Part shown: one piece after another, positions 62,148 through 64,000 of the stretch
Layout of the letters: each line of letters opens with the position of its first letter
Position numbering within the stretch: position 1 is the first letter of the stretch
Source of the DNA: Savitreella phatthalungensis
Taxonomy: Eukaryota
Reading direction: 5' to 3'
Length of the DNA stretch: 64,000 bases
Assembly: GCA_051599415.1 (NCBI GenBank)
Contig: AP039689.1
Span: 558,001-622,000, forward strand
Translations under genes and position numbers: made by a program
The notes under the pieces: generated by a model
Databases searched by the model: none
Told to the model about the DNA's origin: nothing
Seen by the model: only the letters and a program-made list of their open reading frames with translations

Positions 62148-64000
62148 CTAATCATGACATTTGTCCGGTCCGGCACTGACCTCCGCGCAACGGCGACATA
62201 AGCTGCCTGGCTCAGATGATGCGAACTTCCAACACCGTGGACATTTGTGGTCTCGCGCACGGATCACACCTATTTCCAGGCCATCCTCCCGGCTGCTGAC
62301 GAGCACCTCATCTGCATGAGCGTGCTCACGTATGGCCGAGACAAGCAAAAGATTAGACAGTTCGGCTGACGTCATGTTCAATGCCTGAATTGTCTCACGT
62401 GCCGCTTGCGTCGTGCCCACTAGTACAATGTCAGCTTCCAGACCGCTCCGGATATGCTTTGCAGCTCGTGCCTGCTCGAGTAGACCATTGACTCGCCCCC
62501 GAAGCTGGAAAATCAAGTTCCAGCGCAGACTCTCCCGAAGATCTGCTTCGATCTCGACAGATCTTTGTGACCAGGGCGCGGCATAAACGTGTTCTGCACC
62601 GCCCCGCACGATCAGCGGAACATGATCCCATGCTTCACTCACGAGAATAGGCGTGATTGGAGCGAGTACGGCAAGGTAGTCCTTAAGAATCTCCGAAAGC
62701 GCATATTGTGCCGCAAGTCTCGAGTCAGATTCAGCGCCGTCAGCATAGAGCCTGTCCTTGATCACGTCAAAGTAGAACTTCGAAAGGAAAGCATTTGTGT
62801 GGTAGTTGACCAAGCTGACGACCTTGTTGAAACCATAGCTTTCGTAATGCTCGAAAGACTGCTTTCTGAACTGGGCAGATTGCTGGATCGCGTATCTGTC
62901 GACGGCTTGCAGAGGCACATGGTCGGCGCTGCCATTATAGCCGTTCAGATTTGATACTAGGAATCGGATGGTCAGGCGAACCTTTCGAAGGGCGTCCGCA
63001 ACATGCTGGAGAATTTTTGGCGAGACACTCACATCGTTCGAATAGTCTGATTGAGCCACCCAGAATCTCAAAACGTCGACTCCGAGTGTCGGCATGGCGG
63101 ACAGCGTCGCACTTGACTTTCCAGCAGGCGTCACAGCTTGCCCTCCGTTGATGACGTGCAGCGGATCGACCACATTGCCCAAGCTTTTGCTCTGCTTCAG
63201 CCCCTTGTCGTCCAACGTGAAGCCATGTGTAAGGACAGTTTTGTACGGTGCGGTGCCGCGCACTGCGACTGAGGTGAGCAATGATGACTGGAACCATCCG
63301 CGATGCTGGTCACTACCTTCGAGGCAGACATCGGCCTGGGAGTTCCCATGGCCGATTTGTTCCTCACCGGCGATGCGGTCGAGCGTACGCCAAGAGCAAC
63401 CAGAATCAAACCAAACGTCGAGGGTCTCGTTACCTCTGCGCCACACTCGACCGTCACCTCGCCTGCTCGGAACAACCCATGATTCCCAATCGTCGCCCAG
63501 GCCATCGTCTGCGAACCAAGAATCTGTTCCTCTTTCACGAATCACGCCACAAATCCACCTGATTGACTCAACATCCATTAGTGCTTCGCCTGAAGCTTCG
63601 TCGTAGAGGGCTGGTATGGGAACGCCCCAGCTGCGTTGTCTGGAAATACACCATTCGTCGCGATCGCGCACATAAGAATGTAGTCTCGCATGGCCTGTAC
63701 GAGGAATCATGGTGACAGATTTCTCGAGCTCAGCCATGGCCGCCGGCTTAATTTCTGCGAGAGATGCAAACCACTGGGCGGTGGACCGCACAATGACCGG
63801 TTGTTTCGTGCGCCAGTCGTAAGGATATTTATGTTTGTAGCGCTGCACCGCGACAAGCAAGCCGCGAGTCTTCAGCAACGAGTTCACCGCTCGCGAGCCG
63901 TCGCCTTGTACATTCAGCCCGATCAGATCAGGAATGCCAACTTCAGCAGTATAGCGACCGAAAGCGTCTACAGGCGAGAATGCATCGATAGGTACTGCGA
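62148..64000 (-). CDS. ISM1: Mitochondrial (bacterial-type) isoleucyl-tRNA synthetase, 5' part outside window
   Basis: YPYDWRTKQPV, WCISRQRSWGVPIP, DVWFDSG, LEGSDQHRGWFQSSL, KQSKSLGN, C-terminal CPRC..CRRC zinc finger. The frame stays open to the window edge. Confidence 0.95.
   Translation of the reverse strand, partial: AVPIDAFSPVDAFGRYTAEVGIPDLIGLNVQGDGSRAVNSLLKTRGLLVAVQRYKHKYPYDWRTKQPVIVRSTAQWFASLAEIKPAAMAELEKSVTMIPRTGHARLHSYVRDRDEWCISRQRSWGVPIPALYDEASGEALMDVESIRWICGVIRERGTDSWFADDGLGDDWESWVVPSRRGDGRVWRRGNETLDVWFDSGCSWRTLDRIAGEEQIGHGNSQADVCLEGSDQHRGWFQSSLLTSVAVRGTAPYKTVLTHGFTLDDKGLKQSKSLGNVVDPLHVINGGQAVTPAGKSSATLSAMPTLGVDVLRFWVAQSDYSNDVSVSPKILQHVADALRKVRLTIRFLVSNLNGYNGSADHVPLQAVDRYAIQQSAQFRKQSFEHYESYGFNKVVSLVNYHTNAFLSKFYFDVIKDRLYADGAESDSRLAAQYALSEILKDYLAVLAPITPILVSEAWDHVPLIVRGGAEHVYAAPWSQRSVEIEADLRESLRWNLIFQLRGRVNGLLEQARAAKHIRSGLEADIVLVGTTQAARETIQALNMTSAELSNLLLVSAIREHAHADEVLVSSREDGLEIGVIRARDHKCPRCWKFASSEPGSLCRRCAEVSAGPDKCHD

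Noticed and set aside
1..64000. tRNA, rRNA, CRISPR, intact transposons, and TGA-CTA readthrough PTS1 extensions
   Set aside because: None seen by eye; the stop contexts I checked were not TGA CTA. A tool-based scan could still find weak cases.

Overview
This is gene-dense, intron-poor nuclear DNA from an ascomycete fungus. A Taphrinomycotina (Taphrina/Protomyces-like) origin is my inference from gene content and style and is not proven. I can support about 31 protein-coding genes, mostly housekeeping: NAM8/NGR1-like, IPA1/UBE3D, coilin-like, UAP1, RTC3, RPA43, EFM3, SUR2, DAM1, MRE11, ERG25, FCF2, CAF1, NDUFB3, PRE6, ROT2 and a mitochondrial IleRS truncated by the window edge. RTC3 and NDUFB3 are absent from the ORF track and were rebuilt from splice signals. 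I found no tRNA, rRNA, intact transposon or secondary-metabolite cluster. The most interesting signals lie in the two long introns. The 275-nt FCF2 intron holds a box C/D snoRNA whose guide predicts 2'-O-methylation of LSU helix 69 (snR63/U46-like). The 268-nt IPA1/UBE3D intron holds a ~150-nt multi-helix RNA with a GNRA tetraloop and a possible pseudoknot that I cannot assign to a family; this is the best candidate for an undescribed element. Other leads are a CC1-box (dynein-adaptor-like) coiled-coil protein, three enzymes with peroxisomal signals (one with a PTS2 ahead of a second Met), a KQSKS variant in IleRS, and a CpG-free relic patch. All folds and family calls were made by eye, without tools.
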